Assembly: GCA_965656495.1 (NCBI GenBank)
Contig: CBFHKU010000001.1
Span: 210,781 to 274,780 of the forward strand
Direction of reading: 5' to 3'
Length of the DNA: 64,000 nucleotides
Origin: Coraliomargaritaceae bacterium
GTDB lineage: Bacteria; Verrucomicrobiota; Verrucomicrobiia; Opitutales; Coraliomargaritaceae
Made by a program: the position numbers and the translations under genes. The notes beneath the pieces were generated by a model. The model saw nothing but the letters and a program-made list of their open reading frames with translations. It made no database searches and had not been told where the DNA came from. How positions within the stretch are numbered: position 1 is the first letter of the stretch; each line of letters begins with the position of its first letter. Shown here in pieces: positions 40,596-50,461 of the stretch.

Positions 40596-41132
40596 ATGAG
40601 CAGAATTGGAAAACTTCCCGTCCCCATCGTCGACAAGGCTAAAGTCTCCGTCGATGGGCAAACCGTTCGCGCCGAAGGCCCCAAGGGTAAACTTGAGCAA
40701 ACCTTCGACAGCGCCGTTAAAATTGAAATCGTCGACAACGAGGTCCGCCTTAGCCCTGCCGACGAGAGTCGTCATGCCAACGCCATGTATGGAACCGCCC
40801 GTTCCATTATTAATAACATGGTGACGGGCGTGGTCGAAGGCTTTCAAAAGAAAATTGAAATCAAAGGGGTCGGTTTCCGTGCCGCTATGAAAGGCAAGGT
40901 CCTCGACCTGGCTCTCGGTAAATCGCACCCCTGCGAAATTGAAATCCCGGAAGGCATCACCGTTACCATCAAGGAAAACACCAAGCTGACGATTGAAGGT
41001 GCCGATAAGCAAATGGTCGGTGAAATCACCGCCTCCATCTACGCCTTCTATCCCGCCGAGCCCTACAAGGGTAAGGGCGTCCACATTGTTGGACAGTTTG
41101 TTCGCCGCAAGGAAGGCAAGAAGTCCGCTTAA
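40596..41132 (+). CDS. rplF: 50S ribosomal protein L6
   Basis: MSRIGKLP, EPYKGKG, RRKEGK. Confidence 0.98.
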   Translation: MSRIGKLPVPIVDKAKVSVDGQTVRAEGPKGKLEQTFDSAVKIEIVDNEVRLSPADESRHANAMYGTARSIINNMVTGVVEGFQKKIEIKGVGFRAAMKGKVLDLALGKSHPCEIEIPEGITVTIKENTKLTIEGADKQMVGEITASIYAFYPAEPYKGKGVHIVGQFVRRKEGKKSA

Positions 41133-41158
41133 GCATTTAATTCAGGAGACTCCCATTC

Positions 41159-41512
41159 ATGAAACTCGAAAAGAAAAAAAGCCTTCTGCAGCGTCGTCGC
41201 TGGCGCATCCGCAAGAAAATTACCGGCACCGCCGAGCGCCCGCGCCTCGCCGTGCATTTCTCCAACAAACACATCTATGCCCAGTGCATCGACGACGACA
41301 AGGGCCACACCATGGCTTACGTCTCCTCCGTTGCCAAGGAAGGTGGCCTCAAGGCGAATGCCGAGGGCGCAACCGCGCTCGGGAAGCAAATCGCTGAAAA
41401 AGCCAAAGCCGCCGGCATCGAGTCGGTGGTCTTCGACCGTTCCGGACGCCGCTATCATGGTTGTGTCAAATCCTTTGCCGAAGCAGCCCGCGAAGGCGGC
41501 CTCCAATTCTAA
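41159..41512 (+). CDS. rplR: 50S ribosomal protein L18
   Basis: [19 protein letters not shown]. Confidence 0.98.
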   Translation: MKLEKKKSLLQRRRWRIRKKITGTAERPRLAVHFSNKHIYAQCIDDDKGHTMAYVSSVAKEGGLKANAEGATALGKQIAEKAKAAGIESVVFDRSGRRYHGCVKSFAEAAREGGLQF

Positions 41513-41522
41513 CGCCATTGCT

Positions 41523-42050
41523 ATGAGTCAATCGAACCGATCATTTTCTTCCCAAAATCAAACCGAGGAAGCACCCGAATTCACCGAGAAGGTGGTGCAC
41601 ATCAACCGTTGCGCCAAAGTCGTGAAGGGCGGGCGCCGTTTCAGTTTCTCCGCCCTTGTTGTGGTGGGGAACCAGAAGGGCGAAGTTGGCGTGGGCTACG
41701 GTAAAGCCAAGGAAGTACCTGAGTGCATCCGCAAAGGCACCGAGCAAGCCAAGAAAAACCTCGTTAAAATCAACCTCCGTGGTGAAACCATCCCGCACCC
41801 CGTGCGTGGTATTTCCGATGGAGGAGAGGTGCTCCTTCGCCCCGCGACCGATGGTACCGGCGTTATCGCCGGCGGTGGGGTTCGCGCCGTCTTGGAAGCC
41901 GTTGGTATCAACAACGTCCTTTCAAAGTCCCTCGGCTCCAACAATCACCTCGCCATGGTCAATGCCACCATGGATGCCCTCCTGCAACTCCGCTCAAAAG
42001 AGGACATTAATTCCCTCCGCTTCGCCAAGCCTGAGGCCGCTGAAGCCTAA
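41523..42050 (+). CDS. rpsE: 30S ribosomal protein S5
   Basis: [24 protein letters not shown]; start trimmed to MSQSNR. Confidence 0.98.
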   Translation: MSQSNRSFSSQNQTEEAPEFTEKVVHINRCAKVVKGGRRFSFSALVVVGNQKGEVGVGYGKAKEVPECIRKGTEQAKKNLVKINLRGETIPHPVRGISDGGEVLLRPATDGTGVIAGGGVRAVLEAVGINNVLSKSLGSNNHLAMVNATMDALLQLRSKEDINSLRFAKPEAAEA

Positions 42051-42064
42051 GCCATAGACGCATC

Positions 42065-42619
42065 ATGAATCTCGATAAAATTCCAACGATCAAGGGCGCC
42101 ACCCATCCCACCAAACGCCTCGGGCGCGGGGAGGGCAGTGGCCACGGTAAAACCTCCGGCAAAGGCCACAAGGGACAAAAAGCTCGTTCCGGCGGCGGTA
42201 TTCGCATCGGTTTCGAGGGCGGTCAAATGCCCCTCTACCGCAAGCTCCCGCGCCGCGGTTTCAACAACTTCAATTTCCGCAAGCACTTCCAGACCGTCAA
42301 CGTCGCAGAGCTCGAGAAAATTGAGGGCGACACCGTCAACCGCGAAACCTTGCTTAAAGCGGGACTCATCCGCGATAACGACGACGCAATCAAATTGCTC
42401 GGCGATGGCGAAATTTCCAAAGCGCTCACCGTTCACGTTGACCGCGCCTCCGGTTCCGCCGTCAAAAAGATCGAAGCCGCTGGCGGTAAGCTCATCCTCA
42501 GCACACCGGTCGAAGCGAGCACCGAAGCCGAGCCCGTAGCTGAAGCCGAGGTCGAAGCCGAGCCTGCTCCCGAAGCCGAGGCCGACGCTGATGCCAAGGA
42601 CGCTTCTGAAGACGCCTAA
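42065..42619 (+). CDS. rplO: 50S ribosomal protein L15 with acidic C-terminal extension
   Basis: RLGRGEGSGHGKTSGKGHKGQ, FEGGQMPL. Confidence 0.98.
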   Translation: MNLDKIPTIKGATHPTKRLGRGEGSGHGKTSGKGHKGQKARSGGGIRIGFEGGQMPLYRKLPRRGFNNFNFRKHFQTVNVAELEKIEGDTVNRETLLKAGLIRDNDDAIKLLGDGEISKALTVHVDRASGSAVKKIEAAGGKLILSTPVEASTEAEPVAEAEVEAEPAPEAEADADAKDASEDA

Positions 42620-42663
42620 TTGAACTGCCCGCTCCACGCGGGCCCAAGCCTTTCAAACAATTC

Positions 42664-44172
42664 ATGCTCTCCGCATTCACCAATTCTCTCAAGATTCCGG
42701 AACTGCGCCAAAAGATCTTCTTTACCTTGGCATTGCTTTTTATTGCCCGGGTAGGTGCAAACATCCCGCTTCCCGGTATGAACCCGGGGCCGATTCAGGA
42801 ATACTTGAGCAATGAAGCGGGAGCGGGCGGCGGACTGCTGGGGCTCTACAACATGTTTACCGGTGGCGCCTTGCTCAACGGTGCCTTGTTTGCCCTCGGC
42901 ATCATGCCCTACATCAGCGCCTCCATTATCATGCAGTTGATGGGTGCGGTCTTCCCCGGTCTCGCCCGCCTCCAGCAGGAAGGCGATGTCGGTCGCCAGA
43001 AGATCAATCAATATACCCGTTACCTCACCATCGCGATTTGCCTCGTGCAGGGTCTCATGTTGCTCGTAGCGCTTAGTACCAATCCGGGTAGCATCATTCC
43101 GGGCTTCAACCCCGCCGCCTACGGCGAGGTCGTCCTTATGGGCAAAACCCAGTTCCTCATTACCGGTACGATTTTCCTGACCGCCGGCTCCATGATTATG
43201 GTTTGGCTCGGTGAGCAAATCACCCAAAAGGGAATCGGTAACGGTATCTCCCTCCTGATTACCGTTAGTATCATTTCCGGTCTCCCCGGTGCGGTCATCG
43301 CCGCCTACCAACTCTTTACCGCCCCCGTTGGATCCGAATCCCAACTCGGTCTCCCGCAGGGCGTCCTCATGCTGGCACTGCTCTTTGTCGTAACCGCCGG
43401 ACTCGTCGCCATCACCCAAGCCCAGCGCAAAATCCCCGTGCAATACGCCAAGCGCGTGGTCGGGCGCAAGGTATATGGCGGACAAAGCTCCTTCCTGCCG
43501 CTCAAGGTCAATTATGCCGGCGTTATGCCCGTCATTTTTGCCAGCGCCATCCTGATGTTCCCGACTCAAATCCTCTACTTCCTCGGGAAGAATACCGGGA
43601 TGAATTTCTTCAATGAATTCGCCGACACCCTCGGGCGCGGCCAATTCGCCTATTATTTCGTCTTTGGTCTCCTGATCTTTGTTTTCAGTTATTTCTGGGT
43701 CTCCCTCATGTTCAAACCCGTTCAGATCGCGGACGACCTCAAGAAAAACGGTGGCTACGTGCCCGGTGTTCGCCCCGGTGAACCCACCGCCAAATTCCTC
43801 GACTTTATCATGACGCGCCTGACCCTTGCCGGTGCGCTCGCCCTCACCCTCATCGCACTCTTTCCCGATATCCTCCTGGTGGGTTACAAGATCCCCAACA
43901 ACGTCGCGATCTTCTTTGGCGGTACCGGGATGTTGATTACGGTCGGGGTCTTGCTCGATACCATGCGTCAAATCGAGACCTTTCTCCTGCAACGCCACTA
44001 CGATGGTTTCCTCAAAAAAGGAAAAATCCGCGGACGCTCCGCGACCCGCAGTCGCCAACTTGTCGATTCCACCGGTCTTCAGGATTTCTGGACCGCATGG
44101 CGTCCGCTTCTCATCCTGGCGCTCACGCTTTTCATTCTCGGTATCATCTCCTGGTTTATCAACCTCGGTTAA
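42664..44172 (+). CDS. secY: Preprotein translocase subunit SecY (with extra C-terminal hydrophobic segment)
   Basis: FALGIMPYISASII, GIGNGISL, GVMPVIFA, PGVRPG. Confidence 0.98.
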   Translation: MLSAFTNSLKIPELRQKIFFTLALLFIARVGANIPLPGMNPGPIQEYLSNEAGAGGGLLGLYNMFTGGALLNGALFALGIMPYISASIIMQLMGAVFPGLARLQQEGDVGRQKINQYTRYLTIAICLVQGLMLLVALSTNPGSIIPGFNPAAYGEVVLMGKTQFLITGTIFLTAGSMIMVWLGEQITQKGIGNGISLLITVSIISGLPGAVIAAYQLFTAPVGSESQLGLPQGVLMLALLFVVTAGLVAITQAQRKIPVQYAKRVVGRKVYGGQSSFLPLKVNYAGVMPVIFASAILMFPTQILYFLGKNTGMNFFNEFADTLGRGQFAYYFVFGLLIFVFSYFWVSLMFKPVQIADDLKKNGGYVPGVRPGEPTAKFLDFIMTRLTLAGALALTLIALFPDILLVGYKIPNNVAIFFGGTGMLITVGVLLDTMRQIETFLLQRHYDGFLKKGKIRGRSATRSRQLVDSTGLQDFWTAWRPLLILALTLFILGIISWFINLG

Positions 44173-44243
44173 TACCCACCGGGTTTCTGACCCGTATCCA
44201 ATTTCCCTTGTTCTTTGAATTCGATTCATTCGCTTGAAAAACG

Positions 44244-45011
44244 GTGAAACCCGTTCGCACAGTTGAAGCTATCCAAGCCATCCGCGAAGCCTGTCAAGTC
44301 GCCGCTTCGGTACTTGCCGATATGGTCGATGCCGTTGAGGTCGGTGTAAATACCTATGACCTCGACCAACTCGGCCGCAAACTCATCGCGGAGCACGGTG
44401 CCGAAAGCGCCTGCTTCAACTACCGCCATCAAAGCAACGTCTTCCCCGCCTACACCTGCGTTTCAGTCAACGAGGAAATCGTGCATGGCATCGGTCGCCT
44501 GCAGCGCGTCATCGCCCCGGGCGATCTGGTCTCCCTCGATGTCGTGGTGCGCTACCGGGGTATGATCGGCGACAACGCCACCACCGTCGGCGTCGCTCCC
44601 GTTAGCAAAGCAAACCAAGCGCTCCTCGATACCACCCGCCAATCACTTGACCACGCCATCAGCCATGCGCGTGCCGGAAACCGCGTCGGAGATATCTCCA
44701 ATGCCGTCGAACGTTTCATCAAGCCCCACAAATACGGGATTGTTCGCGATTTTGTAGGCCACGGAGTCGGTTCCGGAATGCACGAACCGCCGCAAATCCC
44801 GAACTTCGGCCCCCGCGGGCGCGGCGCCCTCCTCAAGCCCGGAATGGCCCTCGCTATTGAGCCCATGATTAACCTTGGACGCCCCGAAATTGAGATGCTG
44901 GACGATGGCTGGACCGCCGTAACCCGTGATCGCTTACCCTCCGCCCATTTCGAGCACACCGTCCTCGTTACCGAATCGGATCCTGAAATTTTAACCTTAC
45001 TGAAAAATTAA
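44244..45011 (+). CDS. map: Methionine aminopeptidase type I
   Basis: SVNEEIVHG, GHGVG, HEPP, IEPM, SAHFEHT; GTG start. Confidence 0.96.
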   Translation: MKPVRTVEAIQAIREACQVAASVLADMVDAVEVGVNTYDLDQLGRKLIAEHGAESACFNYRHQSNVFPAYTCVSVNEEIVHGIGRLQRVIAPGDLVSLDVVVRYRGMIGDNATTVGVAPVSKANQALLDTTRQSLDHAISHARAGNRVGDISNAVERFIKPHKYGIVRDFVGHGVGSGMHEPPQIPNFGPRGRGALLKPGMALAIEPMINLGRPEIEMLDDGWTAVTRDRLPSAHFEHTVLVTESDPEILTLLKN

Positions 45012-45086
45012 CTTTCCAAAATCAAATTAACTGCTATTTTTACGCACTTTTCTCGCTTAATAGCGCTCATTTAACACATTAGTACC

Positions 45087-45449
45087 ATGCCTCGTATACT
45101 TGGAGTCGACATTCCAGCCAACAAGAAGCTCGTTTTCGCGCTTCGTTATATCTATGGCCTCGGGCCCACACGCGCCAAAACCATCGTTGATGAAGCCGGT
45201 TTTGATCCCGACCGTCGTGCCGGAGACCTCAATGAGGAAGAGCTCAACCAACTCGCCAATATCGTTGCCGAGAAGAATTACATCGTCGAGGGCGACCTGC
45301 GCCGCGAAGTAACCGCCAACCTCAAACGACTTTCCGCCATCCGTAGTTGGCGTGGAATGCGCCACATGCGCGGACTTCCCGTTCGTGGACAGCGCACCAA
45401 AACCAACGCCCGCACCCGCAAGGGCGCCGTTAAACCAATCCGCAAATAA
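45087..45449 (+). CDS. rpsM: 30S ribosomal protein S13
   Basis: RILGVDIP, GLPVRGQRTKTNARTRKG. Confidence 0.99.
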   Translation: MPRILGVDIPANKKLVFALRYIYGLGPTRAKTIVDEAGFDPDRRAGDLNEEELNQLANIVAEKNYIVEGDLRREVTANLKRLSAIRSWRGMRHMRGLPVRGQRTKTNARTRKGAVKPIRK

Positions 45450-45479
45450 GCGCCTGACCGATACACACCCTTTTTTAAA

Positions 45480-46070
45480 ATGAGCGAAGAGAACGAACAA
45501 ACCAACGAAGAAGAGGTAAAGGCTGCCGCACCTGCCGCCGAGGCCGCTACCGCCGAAGCACCTGCCGCCGAAGCACCTGCTAAAGAAGAGGCACCCGCTA
45601 AAGAAGCGCCCGTTGCCGAGGCCGCTGAAGAGGAAGCCCCTGTCAAAAAGGAGGAAACCGCCGAGGATCTTCTCAAGAGCGACCTCGAAGGCGTTAAAAT
45701 CCGCCGCGCCAAAGGCAGCAAAAACATCACCGTTGGCGTTGTGAACGTGCTCGCAACTTTCAATAACACCAAGGTCACCTTTGCCGACCCGCGTGGCAAC
45801 GTCATCTCCTGGTCCAGTGCCGGTAAATGCAACTTCCGCGGTTCCCGCAAATCCACCGCCTACGCCGCACAGGTCGTCACTCAAGATGCCGGTCGCGTCG
45901 CCATGTCGCACGGCATGAAGGAAGTGGTGGTCAAACTCAACGGCCCCGGTATGGGTCGCGACTCCGCCGTACGTGCGCTTCAATCTATGGGCATGATTGT
46001 CACCGAGATCATCGACGTGACCCCCGTTCCTCACAACGGATGCCGTGCCCCCAAACGTCGTCGTGTCTAA
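45480..46070 (+). CDS. rpsK: 30S ribosomal protein S11 with acidic N-terminal extension
   Basis: [22 protein letters not shown]. Confidence 0.98.
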   Translation: MSEENEQTNEEEVKAAAPAAEAATAEAPAAEAPAKEEAPAKEAPVAEAAEEEAPVKKEETAEDLLKSDLEGVKIRRAKGSKNITVGVVNVLATFNNTKVTFADPRGNVISWSSAGKCNFRGSRKSTAYAAQVVTQDAGRVAMSHGMKEVVVKLNGPGMGRDSAVRALQSMGMIVTEIIDVTPVPHNGCRAPKRRRV

Positions 46071-46129
46071 GGTGATTCTGCCACCCCGACACAACATTTA
46101 ATAGTTCGCAGAAAAACACATAACATATC

Positions 46130-46738
46130 ATGGCCCGCTACACAGGACCTACTACACGTATCAACCGCCGCTTCGGTCAGGCTATCTTTGCCCCGACCAA
46201 AGCTTTCGAGCGCAAACCGCACCCTCCCGGGCAGCACGGTCCGCGTCTCCGTCGCAAACTCAGCGACTACGCCATCGGCCTTAACGAGAAGCAAAAACTA
46301 CGCTTCATGTATGGCATGACCGAAAAACAATTTCGCTTGACCTTCGAAAAGGCCAAGAACCAACGCGGGGTTACCGGTGATATCTTCCTTCAATTGCTCG
46401 AGTGCCGCCTCGATAGCGTTATCTATCGCCTCGGCTTCGCAAAATCCCGTTCCGCCGCCCGCCAGTTCGTCGGGCACGGTCACATCGTGGTGAATGGTAA
46501 AAAAACCGACATCGCCAGCTTTATCGTTAAAGAAGGCGACGAGATCGAAGTCCGTGAACGCACTTCTTCCCGCCAGTTGGCGACCCGCTCCATGGACGAA
46601 AGCCAAGCCCGCACCGTTCCCGAGTGGCTCACTTTAAACGCGGATGCCCTCAAGGCTACCGTCAATCGTCTTCCAAGCAGCGAAGAAACCGAATCCGGCA
46701 TCAACGTTCAGCTCATTGTTGAATACTACAGCCGTTAA
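46130..46738 (+). CDS. rpsD: 30S ribosomal protein S4
   Basis: MARYTGP, PGQHG, LECRLD, IVEYYSR. Confidence 0.99.
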   Translation: MARYTGPTTRINRRFGQAIFAPTKAFERKPHPPGQHGPRLRRKLSDYAIGLNEKQKLRFMYGMTEKQFRLTFEKAKNQRGVTGDIFLQLLECRLDSVIYRLGFAKSRSAARQFVGHGHIVVNGKKTDIASFIVKEGDEIEVRERTSSRQLATRSMDESQARTVPEWLTLNADALKATVNRLPSSEETESGINVQLIVEYYSR

Positions 46739-46810
46739 TCTTCCTTTGAGTCTGCGCACAGCTCGCAGCTCTCACTCAGTTCCTCGTTCATTTTATCAAC
46801 CAAGAACATT

Positions 46811-47815
46811 ATGCCAAAGCGTTTAGGAAAATTCGAACTACCCAATCGTCTCGTTAAGGTCGAAGACACCGCAACCGACACCTACGCCACCTTCCAAGCC
46901 GAGCCCTTTGAGGCCGGTTACGGACACACTATCGGTAATTCCCTCCGACGCGTGCTTCTGAGCTCCATCGAAGGTGCCGCGATCTCAGCCGTTAACATTG
47001 ACGGTGTGCAACATGAATTCCAGAGCATCGACGGCGTGGTCGAGGATGTCACCGACATCGTCCTCAACCTCAAGAAAGTCCTCCTCGTCTCCGAAAGCCG
47101 CGACTCGGTCAACATGACCATCGACGTCACACGCGACGGCCCCGTGACCGCCGCTGATATTCAGGAAGTTTCCGGAGTGGAGGTTATCAACCCGGATCAA
47201 CTCATCTGTACCCTCGATCGCAAAAAACGTTTCCATGCCGAACTCGAAGTGCGCGTGGGACGCGGTTATTGCGCCGGCGAGGAGAATAAGAAAGAAGATC
47301 AGCCCATCGGTGTTATCGCAATCGATTCCCTCTTCGGCCCCGTTAAACTCGTCAAATATTCCGTCGAAAACACCCGCGTGGGTCAGTCCATGGACTACGA
47401 CAAGCTTATCCTCGAAGTGACCACAGACGGCCGCATCACACCGGATGACGCCCTCAAGCAAAGCGCCGCCATTCTCAAGCACCACCTCACCGTCTTTGAT
47501 GAAGTCTCACAAGAGGACATCAACTTCGACACCGATACCAGCGAAGTCAGCGAAGAACAAAACCGTCTCCGCAAGCTCCTCAACATGAGCGTCAACGAGA
47601 TCGAACTCTCCGTTCGCGCCGCTAATTGCCTCAACAACGCCAACATCACAACCGTCGGCGAACTCGCAATGAAGTCCGAACAGGAAATGTTGAAATACCG
47701 CAACTTCGGTAAGAAGTCACTCAACGAAATCAAGGACAAGCTTGAGCAACTCGGGCTTTCCCTCGGCAAGCAAATTGATGAGCGCCTCCTCGACAACGCT
47801 CCCGAACAATTCTAG
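46811..47815 (+). CDS. rpoA: RNA polymerase alpha subunit
   Basis: GYGHTIGNSLRRVLLSS, LSVRAANCL, NFGKKSLNEI. Confidence 0.99.
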   Translation: MPKRLGKFELPNRLVKVEDTATDTYATFQAEPFEAGYGHTIGNSLRRVLLSSIEGAAISAVNIDGVQHEFQSIDGVVEDVTDIVLNLKKVLLVSESRDSVNMTIDVTRDGPVTAADIQEVSGVEVINPDQLICTLDRKKRFHAELEVRVGRGYCAGEENKKEDQPIGVIAIDSLFGPVKLVKYSVENTRVGQSMDYDKLILEVTTDGRITPDDALKQSAAILKHHLTVFDEVSQEDINFDTDTSEVSEEQNRLRKLLNMSVNEIELSVRAANCLNNANITTVGELAMKSEQEMLKYRNFGKKSLNEIKDKLEQLGLSLGKQIDERLLDNAPEQF

Positions 47816-47848
47816 CAAAACCAGCACACACCGAAACGTTTTACACCA

Positions 47849-48463
47849 ATGCGCCACAGTAAAAGACGACATGTCCTCGGGGTCTCCGGCCCACACCGCG
47901 CCGCTATGATGGGTAACCTCTCGGTTGCTCTTATCACTCACGGACGAATTGAAACCACGCTTGCCAAAGCTAAGGCGCTGCGCCCTTTCATTGAAAAGGT
48001 CATCACCCTTGCCAAAAAGGCCGAGCAGGCAAACGATGCGGCCCGCAAGCTGCACTTCCGCCGCCTCGCCATCGCCCGGGTCCGTGATAAAAAAGCAGTC
48101 GCCCAACTCTTCGATGAGCGTGCCTCCGAATTCGCCAATCGCGCCGGCGGTTACACCCGGATCTATAAAATCGGTCAACGCATCGGTGATGCCGCTGAAA
48201 TGGCACTCATTGAATTGATCGACGCGAGCGATGAAGGCTACGAAAAGCCCAAACGCAAAGCCGCTCCCAAAGCCAAGGCTAAAGCAAAAGCTGAACCCGA
48301 AGCCACCCCGGTAGAGGAAGCTCCCGCAGACGCCGAAGCAGCTCCCGCCGAAGATGAAGCTCCCGCCGCCGAGGAGGAAGCCGCACCCGCCGAAGCCGAA
48401 GCAGCTCCTGCCGAGGAAGCACCTGAGGAAGCAGCCGATTCCAAAAAAGAATCAGACAGCTAA
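47849..48463 (+). CDS. rplQ: 50S ribosomal protein L17 with acidic C-terminal extension
   Basis: MRH, IETTLAKAK, GGYTRI, GDAAEMALIEL. Confidence 0.98.
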   Translation: MRHSKRRHVLGVSGPHRAAMMGNLSVALITHGRIETTLAKAKALRPFIEKVITLAKKAEQANDAARKLHFRRLAIARVRDKKAVAQLFDERASEFANRAGGYTRIYKIGQRIGDAAEMALIELIDASDEGYEKPKRKAAPKAKAKAKAEPEATPVEEAPADAEAAPAEDEAPAAEEEAAPAEAEAAPAEEAPEEAADSKKESDS

Positions 48464-48489
48464 TTCAGCCCCCTTAAACGGATTCAATC

Positions 48490-48515
48490 AAAGCGCACTT
48501 CGATGCGCTTTTTTT
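48490..48515 (+). terminator. Rho-independent terminator ending the alpha operon
   Basis: AAAGCGCA-CTTCGA-TGCGCTTTTTTT. Confidence 0.85.
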
Positions 48516-48637
48516 ATGCCCGTATCCAAAGCTGGCACACCGCCGATGCGATACCGTTTCCAATCAGCTTCGGTATCATAGCGATCTCAAATAGCCTTCA
48601 CTGAAGCACCTCCCAACCTTGGCAAACCAAATAGATG

Positions 48638-48873
48638 CCCCTCCGCTCCTCCGCGTTAAAATAAAAAACGCAGAGTTCCAGAACCCCTCCGCTCCTCCGC
48701 TTCTCCGCGTTAAAATAAAACACAGAGTTCCTCCGCTTCTCTGCGTTAAAATAAAAAACGCAGAGTTAAAGAGCCCCTCCGCGTTAAAAAATAAACGCGG
48801 AGCAAGAGAGGAGCAAAGGGTCGCAACCAACAACTTTCCCACCTTCCCACTTTTGCACTTTCCCACCTTGATA
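48638..48873. repeat. Intergenic short-repeat cluster: 4x (CTCCGC)n-GCGTTAAAATAAAA-CGCAGAG plus CTTCCCAC 8-mers
   Basis: C(C/T)GCGTTAAAA core at about 48651, 48706, 48741 and 48779; TTCCCAC repeats at 48834-48870. Confidence 0.85.
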
Positions 48874-48900
48874 ATGGCATCACCTGCGCGTGCGTTGCTT

Positions 48901-50406
48901 TTATTCCGCCACACCCAAGGCTTTCAGCGCATCCATTTGCAGCGTCGCGTGGCGCGCTTCCATCTCTGCTTGAATCAAATCCTCGTCGTAAGACGGAATG
49001 ATCTGTTTCATGCGTTCGTGACCCGCCTCGGTAGCGAGGGTTTCCGCAAAGCATTTTTGAACGACCTCAAGAATGATATTGGTTGAGACCGAGGCGCCGG
49101 GCGAGGCTCCCAGGAGTGCCGAAAGGCTCTTGTCCTTGTCGGTAATCACCTCTGTTCCGAAGTGAACAATACCGGCGTCCCCGTCTTCTTTCTTGATCGC
49201 CTGCACGCGAATACCGGCATCAATCAAATGCCAGTCCTCGGTTTTCGCATCGGGGTAGAAGTTGCGCAATTCCCCCATGCGGGTCTTCATGCTCTGCGTG
49301 CCCTGTTGGATTAGGTAACGCACCAATGGAATATTGGAGATGCCTACCTTGATGAGCGACGCCATGTTGTCCCAGCGAATCGAACCCGGTAAATCCATGA
49401 GGCTCCCGCGCTTGTGCAGGAACTTCGTCGTCCAAGCGGCATAGGGCCCAAAGAGGAGCGACCGCTTGCCATCAATGATGCGTGTGTCGAGATGGGGAAC
49501 CGCCATGGTTGGGGCCGCGCCGGGCGACATCCCGTAAACCTTCGCGTTGTGCTGCGCAATCAATTCGGGCTTCTCCGAGATCAACCATTGACCTCCAATC
49601 GGAAAACCGCCGATTCCCTTCGCCTCCGGGATGCCCGCTTTTTGCAGGAGCGGCAGCGATCCGCCGCCCGCTCCGATGAAGACGAATTTCGCGCTGTTCG
49701 AAAACTCACGCTTACTTCCCAAATCCTTAATCTTAAGCTCCCAGCGCCCGTCCTTTTTCTTGATGTCGGTGACGCGATGCGAGCTCGCAAAGCCGCAACC
49801 CTCCTGCTTCCCGAGCCAATGCGTGAGCTTGGCCGCCAATGCTCCAAAGTTCACATCCGTCCCATGAATCATGCGGGTCATCGCGACCGGTTCATCGGCG
49901 GCACGACCTTCCAGGATCAGCGGCGCCCATTCACGGATCGTCTCCCGGTCCTCCGTGTATTCCATATCCTTGAAGAAATGGTGCTTGCTCATTTGACGAT
50001 GACGGGAGCGGAGGAAGTCAACCTGCTCCTGTCCATAAACAAAGCTCAAATGTGGAACCGGTCGCACAAAATCCTCGGCGGCATCGATCATGCCGCTGCG
50101 CACCGCATGACCCCAGAATTGCAGCGAGTGCTGGAATTCATGACAGATCCGAATCGCCTGGCTGACTTCGACCTCGCCATCGGGGCCGTAATCCGGCGTG
50201 TAGCTCAGCTCGCAGAGTCCCGCGTGTCCGGTGCCGGCATTGTGCCAGCCGTTGGACGCCTCCAGCGCCAGCTCCTCGGTCAACTCGTAGAGTTGGATCC
50301 GTAAGCTCGGGTCCAGCTCCTTGAGCAGGGCACCAAGGGTCGCGGACATGATGCCGCTACCGATGAGAATTACATCCGGATTTTCAATATGTGCTTCGCT
50401 TTTCAT
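48901..50406 (-). CDS. mqo: Malate:quinone oxidoreductase
   Basis: IGSGIMSATL, WHNAGTGHAGLCELSYT, GTDVNFG, MAVPHLDTR, LLGASPGAS. Confidence 0.95.
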   Translation of the reverse strand: MKSEAHIENPDVILIGSGIMSATLGALLKELDPSLRIQLYELTEELALEASNGWHNAGTGHAGLCELSYTPDYGPDGEVEVSQAIRICHEFQHSLQFWGHAVRSGMIDAAEDFVRPVPHLSFVYGQEQVDFLRSRHRQMSKHHFFKDMEYTEDRETIREWAPLILEGRAADEPVAMTRMIHGTDVNFGALAAKLTHWLGKQEGCGFASSHRVTDIKKKDGRWELKIKDLGSKREFSNSAKFVFIGAGGGSLPLLQKAGIPEAKGIGGFPIGGQWLISEKPELIAQHNAKVYGMSPGAAPTMAVPHLDTRIIDGKRSLLFGPYAAWTTKFLHKRGSLMDLPGSIRWDNMASLIKVGISNIPLVRYLIQQGTQSMKTRMGELRNFYPDAKTEDWHLIDAGIRVQAIKKEDGDAGIVHFGTEVITDKDKSLSALLGASPGASVSTNIILEVVQKCFAETLATEAGHERMKQIIPSYDEDLIQAEMEARHATLQMDALKALGVAE

Positions 50407-50461
50407 AAGATTTACTGGCTGGTGTTTTCCTGACCTCTAAAGATTTTGTTGTTCCTTATCC

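Noticed and set aside
48533..48550. TGGCAC as a sigma54 promoter
   Set aside because: The GC dinucleotide is not at the required spacing
48576..49086. ORFs with repeated peptides (PPLLRVKIKN) after rplQ
   Set aside because: Products of intergenic microrepeats, partly antisense to mqo
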